Shown one piece after another: positions 63,369 to 64,000 of a DNA stretch of 64,000 nucleotides (position 1 is its first letter; each line of letters opens with the position of its first letter). The stretch spans positions 139,626,001 through 139,690,000 of the forward strand of contig NC_086097.1 of assembly GCF_963921235.1 (NCBI RefSeq), given 5' to 3'. The translations under genes were made by a program, and so were the position numbers. Source of the DNA: Mobula hypostoma (lineage: Eukaryota). A model generated the notes under the pieces. It was not told the origin of the DNA. It made no database searches and worked only from the letters and a program-made list of their open reading frames with translations.

Positions 63369-64000
63369 GAAATTCCGGAATCAACTAAAAAGGAGTTAAT
63401 AAAAATAGTGGATTTGATTGGGGCAGACCTATCCATCAAAGAATTCAAGCAACAATTAAAGTCTCCACCCAGTATCAACTTATATTCATTTACATTAGGA
63501 AAAGATGCAAATAAATGCTTTTAAAATTCAGGATAGTCAGTATTTGGTGCATAAATATTAACCAAAACAACTTTTTGATTATAAAGTAAGCCAGTAATTA
63601 ACAGAAATCTACCAATCGGGGCTGAAATTGTTTCATAATGAACAAATGAAATCGAGGAGTCTATAAAAATAGAGACTCCTTTTACCTTAGATTGTTAATT
63701 AGAATGAAACTGTTGTTCCTTCTAAAACCCCAAAAAACACTGATTATCCACCCTCCTCACGTGAGTCTCCTGAGCAAAGATATTCTGAATATTCAGTCTA
63801 TGAAATACTTTAAAAATCTTCTTCTGTTTAATTGGATGATTCAAACCATTTACATTCCATGAAACAAAATTAATAACATTATCCACTTTACTACATTAAG
63901 CCAAATGGTATGCAAAGGGTTAACCTTACTGCACGGGAAACCCATGACTCAGGAAGAGGAAAAAGTTTAAAGAGGAACCGGAATCTACAACAATTCAAAC

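Larger units (their letters stand above)
59713..64000 (-). mobile_element. L1-clade LINE ORF2 (EN-RT-C-terminal), frameshifted; continues past the window end
   Basis: SWNVNGLNHP (about 63860), ILGGDFN, KAPGLDRFSEEFYK, YRPLTLLNIDSKVFSKIIANRL, DQTGFIKNR, GTKQGCPLSPLLF and LYADDLLLY. An A-rich tail lies at about 59713. Confidence 0.92.

Noticed and set aside
63154..63478. Repetitive ORFs (FRVSGFQG)n
   Set aside because: Translations of the stop-free octamer repeat inside a dead L1, not proteins.
1..64000. CRISPR array or prokaryotic operon-type system
   Set aside because: The DNA is eukaryotic and intron-containing. I found no repeat-spacer arrays or intact prokaryote-like gene clusters.

Overview
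Repeat-dense vertebrate genomic DNA. The repeat families (HE1-type V-SINE, CR1, Rex/Babar, Penelope-like termini) suggest a cartilaginous fish, probably a ray; this is inference. There is one host gene: the 5' part of HERPUD2 on the + strand, with a CpG-island promoter (about 32.0-32.9 kb) and five coding exons with canonical GT-AG borders and consistent phases (32646-32792, 49552-49629, 49950-50060, 53696-53856, 54992-55117). The remaining exons appear to lie beyond the window. Almost everything else is decayed and nested transposable element sequence: Rex/Babar, CR1, RTE, L1, Penelope-like elements, a Gypsy element, solo LTRs, hAT, Harbinger and several SINE families. Most ORF-track entries are fragments or antisense shadows of these. 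I cannot demonstrate a new multi-gene system. The best leads are: (i) a minimal hammerhead-ribozyme core in a young Penelope-derived insertion and a near-perfect 59-bp fold-back of the same family in HERPUD2 intron 1; (ii) a start-stop uORF plus a strong-Kozak uORF upstream of the HERPUD2 ATG; (iii) a telomere-seeded (TTTCAGGG)19 array replacing part of an L1 endonuclease region; (iv) a tRNA SINE with a BovB/Sauria-SINE-like tail. All family assignments come from motif recognition, not database searches.
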